Assembly (NCBI RefSeq): GCF_001194135.2
Contig: NC_068987.1
Location: 75,770,652-75,834,651, forward strand
DNA: 64,000 bases
Source of the DNA: Octopus bimaculoides
Taxonomy: Eukaryota
Reading direction: 5' to 3'
Below the pieces are notes generated by a model. That model was not told where the DNA came from and searched no databases. It saw only the letters and a program-made list of their open reading frames with translations. Shown in pieces: positions 12,734 to 23,699 of the stretch. Positions within the stretch are counted from its first letter, which is position 1, and each line of letters opens with the position of its first letter. The translations under genes were made by a program, and so were the position numbers.

Positions 12734-13080
12734 ACAAGGTGGAAAAAAGAGTACTCAAATACCAGAGGTAGAGTAATATGCTTTATTTAAAAGCAGCAGA
12801 AAAATAACAAAAGACTGTTACTCTGAGTTTCACGTTCCCGTTCATCGGACAGTTTTGTTAGAAATGGGGAAGAAATAACAATGCAATCGAAATATAAAAT
12901 TTAAAACACATGGATTCGTTTGATTGGTCGTTTGGAGACCCAGCTATTCGTATAGAAGTCACTTGGTAGTGCTCAAAGGTGTAAAACTTAGACTCCGATT
13001 TTTAACACGGGATCATTCCACAAGGTAAAGAAAGGCTACGAGAGGGATCAGGTCGAGCAGGTATAGAAGCAATTAGGCGG
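12734..13080 (-). mobile_element. Penelope-like terminal fragment carrying a hammerhead motif
   Basis: Hammerhead fold at 12814-12853, followed on the minus strand by a T-rich tail running into the (TA)n/gap. Confidence 0.6.
12814..12853 (-). ncRNA. Minimal type I hammerhead-ribozyme motif, core variant CCGAUGA
   Basis: Minus strand: ACTGT-ccgatga-ACG ggaa CGT-gaaa-CTC a GAG-ta-ACAGT. All three stems pair; GUA cleavage triplet. U4 replaced by C. Confidence 0.7.
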
Positions 13081-13809
13081 ATAAACAAATTAGACACATC
13101 GGATATACTAAATATATTAACTACATTAAATACAAAGTATGTATATATGTATACATACAAAACGAGAGAAAGCAAAGAACGGAAACTTTCGGCTGATGAA
13201 ATTATAAAAATATATGGAGAGTTAAGTTAACAGGTCTAACTTACAGAGAGTACAAACGGTAGAGAAAATTAAAGGGGTGGAAGAAATGTGTTATAGATCT
13301 AACAGCTGTGTCTGGGGGCTCGGAGATCCATAATAAGGTTGGTAGATTTAGTTTACCACAGTATGCTGTTGTATGGATGCAATTAACATTGGATAAGACG
13401 ATCCTCCGTCATAGGGATATAGAAAAACATTTCAAATCTTAATGCAGAGAAGTTAAAAAATCTGAAATGTAAGACCTTCTCTACCCTCATGACGGAGGCT
13501 CGTCTCCTCTATGTTAAATGCATCCATACGGCCGCATATTGTGATGAATTAAATCTACCTACGTTATTATAAATCGCCGACCCTCCCAGAAACAGCTGTT
13601 GGACTTATAATACCTTTCTTCCACCCCTTTAATTTTCTCTGTCGTTTGTACTCTGCTTAAGTTGGACCTGTGTATTTATACATATAAATTTATCATCTGA
13701 AAGTTTCCACATTTTGCTTTCTCTCATTTTGCATGTATACATATATGCACATTTTGTACTTGATGTATTTAATATATTTAATATATTTAATGTTGTCTAA
13801 TTTGTTTAT
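13081..13809. repeat. ~730-bp imperfect foldback (arms 13081-13434 and 13463-13809)
   Basis: E.g. CAAAACGAGAGAAAGCAAAGAACGGAAACTTTC pairs with GAAAGTTTCCACATTTTGCTTTCTCTCATTTTG. Pairing continues to a ~28-nt loop. Confidence 0.93.
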
Positions 13810-13819
13810 ATGTATATGT

Positions 13820-13970
13820 GTATGTATAGCTGTGGCATGGTTGTGTAGTGACGAAGGTCGCATCATGATCAACTCGTTTAGTAAGCAAGTATCGTTTTCT
13901 ATAGTTCTGGGTTGACCAATGCCTTCGGAATGTATCTTGTGAACGGAAACTGTGTGGAAGCCTCTCATAA
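13820..13970 (+). mobile_element. Degenerate SINE family B 5' half
   Basis: GGTTGACCAATGCCTT...GAACGGAAACTGTGTGGAAGCC resembles other family B copies. Confidence 0.55.
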
Positions 13971-14394
13971 ATGTGTACGTATACATGTAGCGATAAGTAA
14001 TTCTTTAAGATAGTGATATAATACTGAGCATGGAGCTAAGTGTGTCCTACATGCACATACACAAGAAAAATGAAATCGAAAATTTCCGTAAGGATTCTTT
14101 TCCAATATTTGAATTTCTGAAATATCTTTCACTTCTAATTTTAAAGTAAACATAATTCTCCAACTTTTTGAACTGAACAGATACACAATTTTATATTTTC
14201 AATTTATGAAAGTAGCTTTCTTTTTCTTTCTTTCATTCATTTCTTTCGTTCTTTTTTTCTTTTTTACATTTCTGTTTTGCTTTTACTGCACAGCTAAAAT
14301 ATAATGTAAAGCAATTTGTTCACTGAAGAACCACCTTGTGTTCAAATGAATGATGGTTTGTTGGTATAGTAATGTCATCATCACATACATAGTT

Positions 14395-14727
14395 TGGGGT
14401 TGATAAAATAAGTACCAGTTATGCACTGGGGTCGATGTAATCGATTAGTCCCCTCCCTCAAAATTTCAGGCCTTCTGCCTTTAGTAGAAAGTATTATTAA
14501 ATACAAAGTAAGGCGGCGAGCTGGCAGAATCGTTAGCATGCTGAACGAAATGCTCAGCAGTATTTCGCCCGTCGTTACTTTCTGAGTTCAAATTCCACCG
14601 AGGTCGACTTTGCTTTCATCCTCTCGGGATCGATAAATTAAGTACCAGTTGAGTACTGGGGTCAATCTAATCGACTAGTCCCCGCCTCTAAATCGCAGGC
14701 CTTGTGCCTATAGCAGACAGGATTATT
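14395..14727 (+). mobile_element. Tandem SINE family A: older 3' fragment (14395-14498) plus full copy (14510-14727)
   Basis: Head AAGGCGGCGAGCTGGCAGAATCG with A box and GAGTTCAAATTCC B box; tail ...AGGATTATT. TSD ATTATTAAATACA at 14493-14505 and 14722-14734. Confidence 0.92.
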
Positions 14728-16334
14728 AAATACATAGTTGGAATATTTGCATAATCGGCAAAAAATGCTTAGTAATTAAAGAATAATACCAAGACCCAAT
14801 GTTCTAAGTTTAAGAAATGGTCAGACTTGGACACGGATTGAATTCTACTATGTATGTATAAATTATAATCCTGTTCGCAGTCATTTTCAAGTTTCTCCAG
14901 TAGTAGCTTAGCCAACCTCTCTCTTTCTTCCTTTATGTATNNNNNNNNNNNNNNNNNNNNNNNNNNNNNNNNNNNNNNNNNNNNNNNNNNNNNNNNNNNN
15001 NNNNNNNNNNNNNNNNNNNNNNNNNNNNNNNNNNNNNNNNNNNNNNNNNNNNNNNNNNNNNNNNNNNNNNNNNNNNNNNNNNNNNNNNNNNNNNNNNNNN
15101 NNNNNNNNNNNNNNNNNNNNNNNNNNNNNNNNNNNNNNNNNNNNNNNNNNNNNNNNNNNNNNNNNNNNNNNNNNNNNNNNNNNNNNNNNNNNNNNNNNNN
15201 NNNNNNNNNNNNNNNNNNNNNNNNNNNNNNNNNNNNNNNNNNNNNNNNNNNNNNNNNNNNNNNNNNNNNNNNNNNNNNNNNNNNNNNNNNNNNNNNNNNN
15301 NNNNNNNNNNNNNNNNNNNNNNNNNNNNNNNNNNNNNNNNNNNNNNNNNNNNNNNNNNNNNNNNNNNNNNNNNNNNNNNNNNNNNNNNNNNNNNNNNNNN
15401 NNNNNNNNNNNNNNNNNNNNNNNNNNNNCATGCCAACCTGGTGCCACACACTTTAATACTGTGAATTATTCTATTACAGATTTATCACCCTTGCACCACG
15501 GACCCCACTTCTCTAGGAAACGAAGGGAACAACGTCTCATATTTGATCTTGACATTATGTCCCCAACAGTTATGAATGAACGTTTTTTCTTTCATCCTTC
15601 CACCTCCTCTTAATTTTTTTTACCCTCTCTCTGCAACATTCCCGTATTTACTTAGCTCTACTTTCACCATCATCCTTTTCTTTCTCCTTTCTGCACGCCC
15701 TGTATAACTTCTGCTTCACGTTAGCAACCCGTGTTATTATGCGTCCATTATCAGTTGCAGTCAGTTTTTGAAGCTGAGAGGATGTAAGGGTTACATGTCT
15801 TTTTTCACTGTATTTTCTCTTTTGCTCTGCCCTTTGACGAAGGATTGAATCCGAAACGTTGGATATTCCACTCCTCACTGCAAGTTCACTGTACCCTTTC
15901 ACTTTTTCTACACACGCGCACACATGCACACACACGCACGCACACACGGACACGGACACACACACACATATATATATACACATATATGTGTGCGTGTGTG
16001 TGAGTGGGCATGAGTGTACAGCTACTAAACTTTTCCTCACATACTTTACTTCTACTGAAAAGCTTTAGCGATATGATGCTTATTGCCTGAATTCATTTGC
16101 GTACCATACTTATGTGTTAATATCAAATTTTAGCTTTTTGCTATGTTTTGTTGCATCGGTATATACAACCGTTTACATAATGTACATTATTGCATCAAAC
16201 AGTCACGTAATTTATGAAACAGCTGTAAAGAATTATTATGCGTTATCCTTTTACTTCTCAGTTGTACTTGTATGTATGTATGTAATATCTTTATATAACT
16301 ATTTGTGCATCTATCTTTTTATTATATATTTACA

Positions 16335-16375
16335 TGTATGTATGTATGTATGAATGTATGTATGTATCTGTCTGC

Positions 16376-16409
<34 letters not shown>

Positions 16410-16476
16410 ATCTATAAATCTCTCTCCCTCTCTCTTAATACATATACACATATATATACATACATACATATACATG

Positions 16477-16545
<69 letters not shown>

Positions 16546-16548
16546 GTA
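16335..16548. repeat. Compound microsatellite (ATGT)(CTGT)(CT)(CA)(TA)
   Basis: Read directly. Confidence 0.93.
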
Positions 16549-16612
16549 AATATATAAAAATAAAAAGATAAAGAGAGCAATGGTAAGGTTGGAGAAGTAT
16601 TTTATGGATAGA

Positions 16613-16661
16613 ATCTTACAGCTGTTTCTAGGAAGATCCAGTACTTCCCTTCATCGGAGAC
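16613..16661 (-). ncRNA. Minimal hammerhead-like motif at a Penelope-like end, core CCGAUGA, palindromic stem III
   Basis: Minus strand: GTCT-ccgatga-a-GGGAAG tactggat CTTCCT-a-gaaa-CAGCTG-ta-AGAT. ACAGCUGU is a perfect 8-nt palindrome. Confidence 0.6.
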
Positions 16662-16953
16662 AGAAAAAATAAAGTAGTCTATTATTATATCCATAGGCGG
16701 ATATTTTTAGTATGAAGTGGTAAAGAGTGTGATGTGCTGAAAAAAGAGAAAACAGTACTTGAAGTGTAGTTTCATTCCAGTAGTAAATATCCGTGTAGAA
16801 ATCCGTGTAAAGTAATCCTTGTGGGGATAATCCGGAAATTTATGTTGGAGCGAAAGTTGATATAGCATAGATAGCAGAGGTACATATATTCCATATTGCG
16901 ATGGATTTTTACCTGTATCCTCTTGGGTTTGGTTAAATCCAATACCCTCCTCA

Positions 16954-16991
<38 letters not shown>

Positions 16992-17479
16992 GACAGGTAC
17001 ACTTACATTCACATATATATACATGTATTCATACATACTCATATACATATGCACAAATGTATAAATCTCTTCGTGAGATTCGAGAACATACATACAAACA
17101 TACATACATATATACATATACGCACAGAGAGAAGGGGAAATAGAGAGAAAAAATGGGAGAAAGACATAGAAGAAATCACCGAAATGAACCTATACCTACT
17201 CTTCAGCTGGTTTCCAATGTTGTTATCATTTCTCTCACTCTTCCTCTCTTTCCCCCCTCTCTCTCTCTCTCTCTATCACCCCTTCCGCCAGCGCTACTTC
17301 ATAAATTGGGATTCAGTTTAGTGGAAGTTAGGGGTGACTCAAATGAACAAGGAATATAAGAGGAAGTATATTGTAGTAAACTAACTAGGAAATGGAAGAA
17401 AATAAGAAGACAAAAAAACTTATGTGGGTAAGGAAAGTGAAGGGGGGAAATACAGTGGAAGGGTGTCGATGAAGACGAG

Positions 17480-17830
17480 TAATGCTGTTGTTGTTGGCGG
17501 AAGAAACGGCTCGGAGTGGAGTGGGGGAATCGGTCTCGCGGTAATAAGTGTTATGTAGCGTTGGGGTGCATGAGAGATAGTGGGTGACAGGTTAGAGTTG
17601 TGGGATATGTAGATAGTTATGTTGGTGATGGTGGTAGTGGTGGTGGTAGAGTTGTTGTTGTTGATGTTGTTGTTGTTGGTGATGGTCGTGGGTAGTAGTG
17701 GTGGCTTTAACGGTGGAAGTGCAGGGGATTGAACTGGAAATGGTGGTGGTGACAGCGGTGGCGGCAGTGGCAGCTGCGGCGGAAGTGACAGCAGCGGCGG
17801 TGGTGATGGTGGCAGTGGTGTTGGGTGCTG
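17480..17830. repeat. Degenerate GGT/GTT/GCA trinucleotide tract
   Basis: Read directly; several frames are open because of low complexity. Confidence 0.8.
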
Positions 17831-18532
17831 AAGAGGAATAGTGAATGCGGTGAGTGGTAGATGAAGGAAAAGCGCAGTCGTTTAACAGGTGATGAGTGGT
17901 AGAACCATTTAACATTAGATAGAACCATTCTGGAACAAGGAAACTGGAGTTAAAGATATTAAACAAAATAGGAAACAGAGAGGAGGAAAGGAGGAGATAG
18001 AAGAGCTAAAGAGGAAGGTCACAAAATGAAAAAAAATTGGTTGACATAACTGATGTTATCAAAATCATAATAACTGTTGATAAGATGAGGAGGTTCGTGA
18101 CAATTTTGATGTCAATAATGATGATGATGATGATGATGATGATGATATATACAGGTCAGTTCCTTCTCAATTTTATTCGATTGTCAAAGAATATGTATGA
18201 GAATATGTATATGTATATGTATTTTTCCATATGTGTATTTTCATACACTGTTTTTAACACTGTTTTTAACAATTTCACCTTAATATGACAATCAGTATGT
18301 AACACTACAAAGTTCATACAAAGCTTTATACTTTAAATATATTTTATCATCAAAGAATGTATATATGCATTTTAATACTCAGACTGTTTTTTAACATTTT
18401 TTATTATTCTCAAAGTCTTTTGATAATCTTTTTCTAAAAAAGTGAAACCGGTTAAGTAAANNNNNNNNNNNNNNNNNNNNNNNNNNNNNNNNNNNNNNNN
18501 NNNNNNNNNNNNNNNNNNNNNNNNNNNNNNNN

Positions 18533-18790
18533 CATACCTACGTCTACCTGTATACATAGGTGCATATCCGGGTACAGGACATTGCAAACAAAACGTAGAC
18601 AAAAAAATAATAATAACCAGAGTACAGAACACACACAGGCCACATAGAGAACATTTTCCTTCATCAGCTACCCCCATTCTAACACAGGCGTTTCGAAGAG
18701 TAGGGCAGGACGCATCGTTAAAAAGGCTCTTCCCATGGATCACAAATTAAATTTGTATGCACAAATTAAACTGTACCATGGAGGAATGTA
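18533..18790 (-). mobile_element. Probable Penelope-like terminal fragment
   Basis: Minus strand has CGAAACGCC...GCTGATGAAGG and a tail GTCCTGTACCC...ATATGCA that resembles 50689-50720. Confidence 0.4.
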
Positions 18791-19319
18791 GTGGCGGACA
18801 GAAAACAAGACAGGAAAACAAACGGAAAAGGCTATACGGCCAGACGTGAAAAATTATGTGTATGTGGAACGCTAAGTGTGTTAGTATGTATGTGTGTATA
18901 TGTGGATGCGTGCGTGTGTGTGTGTATGGCCATGTTTACATTTGTTTGTCTATGTCTGTAAGTTAGAGGTTCCTCGATAGCAATCCTTAATATAAGAACC
19001 AGGCTTGAAAGTAAGCACTGAAGCTTATATGATCGGCTAAACCAGTGAAAGAATAAAATAATAAAATGAAAGGATAAAAGAATACATGAGTGTGTGTGTG
19101 TGATTAATGATTCGTGACAAACTACTGTGTTTCCATCAACTGAAATCATCAAGATTAAAACATATAGTTTGTAACGAATCATTAAAATTAAAGAATATTT
19201 CCTTTCAGCGTTTGAATTCTTTTTTTTTTTTTGGTCTCAAGGCCTAAATTTGATAGAGGTCACAAGTAGTATTAGCTTTTCATTACATACGCACGTACAT
19301 ACACTTCTGCACACACATA

Positions 19320-19420
19320 TACGTATGTATGTATGTATGTATGTATGTATGTATGTACGTATGTATGTATGTAGGTAGGTAGGTAGGTAGGTAGGTAGGT
19401 AGGTAGCTACCTACCTACGT
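19320..19420. repeat. (GTAT)n(GTAG)n microsatellite ending in an inverted (CTAC)3
   Basis: Read directly. Confidence 0.95.
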
Positions 19421-20133
19421 ATGTAAGCAGGTCAGTTCATTCTTATATGCTACTGGTAACATGTAACCTAGGGCAACCTGTCACATATTCGGGCCGTCAG
19501 CAACTAAGCAGCAACCCTAACAAAACTGCATCGCAAGGAGCGTGGTTTTTGTTGGAAACCTGCAGGACAAAAAATATGCTCTCAAAGGGCGGATGAACGC
19601 TGTACAATCGACGGCGATTTCACAGCTGAGATATGAGACGCGCAGAAGAAAAAAGTGATGTAACACCTGCGACTTGATTTTCATCCAAAGATGTAGACTA
19701 GGCTTTCTTTTGGAGCAAATAGATAGGCCGTTCAAGGTGTGGATGGCCCTGTGCAACCTTCAAGCACGGGTATCGATTTAACTTTCGCATCTCTATTATG
19801 TTTTCATACTAAGATTGGCCATTTGCCAAAAGAGGAAAAACATTCAATGAAAATTTCATGACGGAATAAATGCATATGTCAAACTGGGTAGTAAGTTTTC
19901 TGAATACCTACTACAAGAGGTGCCCATCGTTGGCATATCTATGCAAAAGAGTATGGGTTCCTAGCAACACTGAAAATTCACATCCGTGCTGCTCATGTTT
20001 AAGACAACAATCAAGCGATAGCATTGCGCAAAATCGAGTTGCAGCCATCAAGCATACATATAAATATATGTATGTATGTATGTATGCATGCATGCATGCA
20101 TGTATGTATGTATGTATGTATGTATGTATGTAT

Positions 20134-20405
20134 GAGAGTGCATGGCCTAGTGGTTAGAGTGTTGCACTCACGATCGCGAGAACGTGATTTCAGTTCCTGG
20201 GCCGAGTGCTGCATTGTGTTCTTGAGCTTCATCTCCCTTCATCTTACGTTGCTTTGCGATCACTTCGACACTTAATGTGTGGTACACCATGCATCTATTC
20301 AAGAAACGTCGATTTGATGAAGTGACTGAGCTAATATACAGCACAAACATTTATTTACTATAAACAAAACATTTGTGCAGGCTGATCGGCAAGAAGTTGC
20401 AGAAA
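20134..20405 (+). mobile_element. tRNA-derived SINE (family E), CORE-like domain
   Basis: TGGCCTAGTGGTTAGAGTG A box. CTCACGATCG is shared with the head of the 39735-40066 copy; followed by TTGTGTTCTTGAGC. Confidence 0.7.
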
Positions 20406-20646
20406 CGTTTTTCTCGGACTACGCGAGACTACCATCATATCATATCATATCATATCATATTACATCTTTTTTTTTTTACAAAGCTGGGCATCCGCTTTCT
20501 GTCTTTCTTTTTTCTTGAAATTCGAGCCATGTTGTATATGTGACCCTGGAAGATTGCTTGGAAATACATGACACGCTAAACAAGCTTGTCCGACTATCGT
20601 GTTTTTATAGCATGAAACTAACAATAGCTCCAATTTAAACCCTATG

Positions 20647-20680
<34 letters not shown>

Positions 20681-22127
20681 TGTATGTATGNNNNNNNNNN
20701 NNNNNNNNNNNNNNNNNNNNNNNNNNNNNNNNNNNNNNNNNNNNNNNNNNNNNNNNNNNNNNNNNNNNNNNNNNNNNNNNNNNNNNNNNNNNNNNNNNNN
20801 NNNNNNNNNNNNNNNNNNNNNNNNNNNNNNNNNNNNNNNNNNNNNNNNNNNNNNNNNNNNNNNNNNNNNNNNNNNNNNNNNNNNNNNNNNNNNNNNNNNN
20901 NNNNNNNNNNNNNNNNNNNNNNNNNNNNNNNNNNNNNNNNNNNNNNNNNNNNNNNNNNNNNNNNNNNNNNNNNNNNNNNNNNNNNNNNNNNNNNNNNNNN
21001 NNNNNNNNNNNNNNNNNNNNNNNNNNNNNNNNNNNNNNNNNNNNNNNNNNNNNNNNNNNNNNNNNNNNNNNNNNNNNNNNNNNNNNNNNNNNNNNNNNNN
21101 NNNNNNNNNNNNNNNNNNNNNNNNNNNNNNNNNNNNNNNNNNNNNNNNNNNNNNNNNNNNNNNTATATATATATATATATATATATATATTACGTTATGC
21201 CTGAGCGGTAATACGTCAATAAGCATTATCATAGGGTAAGTACTGGGTGTATGTTATGTTTTTCACACAATGGACAGTCATATTTTCTGTCACATTTTGA
21301 TTCATTAATAGCGTTTATAAACCACATTTATTCAATAGCCATTTCTCAGCGAGCTCTTTCTCTCACCCCCTCTCTCTCTCTCTCTCTCTGCCCACTTTTG
21401 GAATGTCTACCTATAATTATGGTGACGGTGTATTGCTATAAATGTAACATGATATTAATCTACATTTGCTGTCGATTCTCGAAAAACTTTTTCAATTTAC
21501 AAGATATATACCTATACTTACTTGGTATGCTGCTTATTTCACATTTAGATTTCTTTTTAAGATAAATATGTCCCGTAGCTTTTTTTTTCTTATAGCTACG
21601 TGAAATATCATTAATCTCCATAAGTGAATCTTAAGGAATTTGCTTTTAATTCACACGATTTTTTCAAATGTCTTTCAAATATGCTTAAAGTTTTTAGATG
21701 AATGGCTATGGAATTTTTTTCGCACTGTGCTATGTCAAGTTATCTGTAAAATGTAAGTACAATAGGCGAGACATTCTCATCTGGGGCAGAAAGAAATAAA
21801 CAATGTGAAGTGTAAAACTAGAATATTTATGAGCGGTTTATGCAGAACCGACAAGTACTATACCTTGGCTAAACATCAAAATATCTACGTAAAATTCTAC
21901 GTAAATTGATATTAACCACTACATTTCGGGAATGTCATATCCACATCAGAGAGTGGCGACTGTGCGCCGTAAAGTCTTTGAGGGTAAGATCTCGAATCAA
22001 TGTGCATCCTCTCCTGATGACACTCGCAACCTACTTGTGTTCTGTGTGTGGAGGTTTCGATTGGCAGCACTTGCATAAGGAAGCTATTTACTAGTCTAGA
22101 TCCACTGAAAGAACTAACATACTTTCA

Positions 22128-23360
22128 TACTCTTTTACTCTTTTACTTGTTTCAGTCATTTGACTGCGGCCATGCTAGAGCACCGCCTTTTAGTCGAGCA
22201 AATCGACCCCAGGACTTATTCTTTGGAAGCCTAGTACTTATTTTATCGGTTCTTTTGCCGAACTGCTAAGTTACGGGATGTAAACACGCCAGCATCGGTT
22301 GTCAAGCGATGATGGAGGGACAAACAGACATACAAACATATACACGCACATACATATGTACATATATATATATATANNNNNNNNNNNNNNNNNNNNNNNN
22401 NNNNNNNNNNNNNNNNNNNNNNNNNNNNNNNNNNNNNNNNNNNNNNNNNNNNNNNNNNNNNNNNNNNNNNNNNNNNNNNNNNNNNNNNNNNNNNNNNNNN
22501 NNNNNNNNNNNNNNNNNNNNNNNNNATATATACATATATACGACGGGTTTCTTTCAGTTTCCGTCTACCAAATCCACTCACATGACTTTGGTCCGCCCAA
22601 GGCTATAGTAGAAGACACCTGCCCAAGGTGCCACGCAGTGGGAATGAACACGGAACCATGTGGTTGGTAAGCAAGCTACTTTATTTCAACAATTTGGCCA
22701 TTAAGGCCTTACAAAGAGGGGACGAACAAGGACTGACAAACATAAAGTAGCTGCGGGCTGGAGGCAGACATTAATGAGATGAAGGTGATAGCAACACAGA
22801 TGAAATAATAATGGGAGGGTACCAGCGCCCGCCGACCGATAACCCCTCGAAAACATTGTTCATTTAAATACAATACAAAATCAATCAAAAAGTTCAATCA
22901 TCCTAGCCCGGCCAACCAAGCAGGACTCCTGCTGCATGCATGTAAACCCGCGTTGGCTGGCCCGGCATAACGGAGACAAATTCTTCATTATTACAATTTT
23001 TCTCTATTGCAAGTCTTTCATTATCCATGATAACCTCTGCGGAGGCCAACATGGATGATCTATTATGACCGCGTCGTATCTATGACGGGTCAATAGACCA
23101 TACAAAAAGGGTTCTATGGGCCCTCCCTTGAGGTAACAGAGAATAGACTCTGTTTCCTCAATATCGTGAGGGCCTGCATTCTGCTCTATCAGCGGCACAA
23201 TTCCCGCTGACAGAGTCTCCCTCTCCGGTGGCACACTTCCCAACCGGAGGGGCCTGGGGTTCGGTCGGTGGCACAGTGACTTCCGCCGACCGTCTCCTAT
23301 TTCTTTTCTTTTTTTTTCTTTTTACCAAGCGACTTACCACACAGCCACTCCTACGCCTAT
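22128..23360 (-). mobile_element. Full SINE family B copy, head split by a 644-bp insertion
   Basis: 3' tail at 22128. Head stops at GGTAAGCAAGCTACTT (22681) and resumes ACTTACCACACAGCCACTCCTACGCCTA (to 23360). Confidence 0.9.
22682..23325 (-). mobile_element. TSD-flanked GC-rich retrocopy, probably a non-autonomous L1/Tx1-like derivative
   Basis: Flanks CAAGCTACTT (22672-22681) and CAAGCGACTT (23326-23335). Minus strand ends at AATAAA. The 79-aa ORF 23004-23243 is non-repetitive. The insertion boundaries are clear; the family assignment is tentative. Confidence 0.6.
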
Positions 23361-23603
23361 GCGAAGAATTAAAATAACAATAGAAGCAGTATTAATACAA
23401 AAATGCAAGTTAAGCTGGAATCATCTATTACGTGATTTCTCTTCAGTTACAGATGTCCAGTAGCCGCATACCAGCCAAATCTTACTGCCAATATATATAG
23501 AACTCCAATGGCTTTTCAGGCTCTGATGTCGCAAATAGCCAGCAAGCTTATTAAAAGACAATAATTATTAGGGATGGAAGTCGTATTAATATCAAAAAGC
23601 AAT

Positions 23604-23699
23604 CTTTATATCCAACTTAACATGAATAATCTGTTAGAACGCTTAATACTGCGGTATTCGGTGTTCTAACATAGTATCCACGTTAAGTTGGATATAAAG
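23604..23699. other. 96-nt gapless hairpin (46-bp stem, TGCG loop)
   Basis: Paired by hand on the + strand: 39 Watson-Crick pairs, 2 G-U pairs, 5 mismatches, no bulges. Confidence 0.92.

Noticed and set aside
17413-17966. Poly-A/T/Q/H ORF (17592-17966) as a transcription-factor-like exon
   Set aside because: More than one minus-strand frame is open over the same degenerate trinucleotide tract; no recognisable domain or convincing splice sites. RNA-seq would be needed to revisit.
18620-18720. CTGATGA...GAAAC as a permuted hammerhead
   Set aside because: Stems I and II do not pair convincingly by hand.
19500-19760. Slightly GC-rich stretch as a transposase relic
   Set aside because: No frame gave a diagnostic motif.
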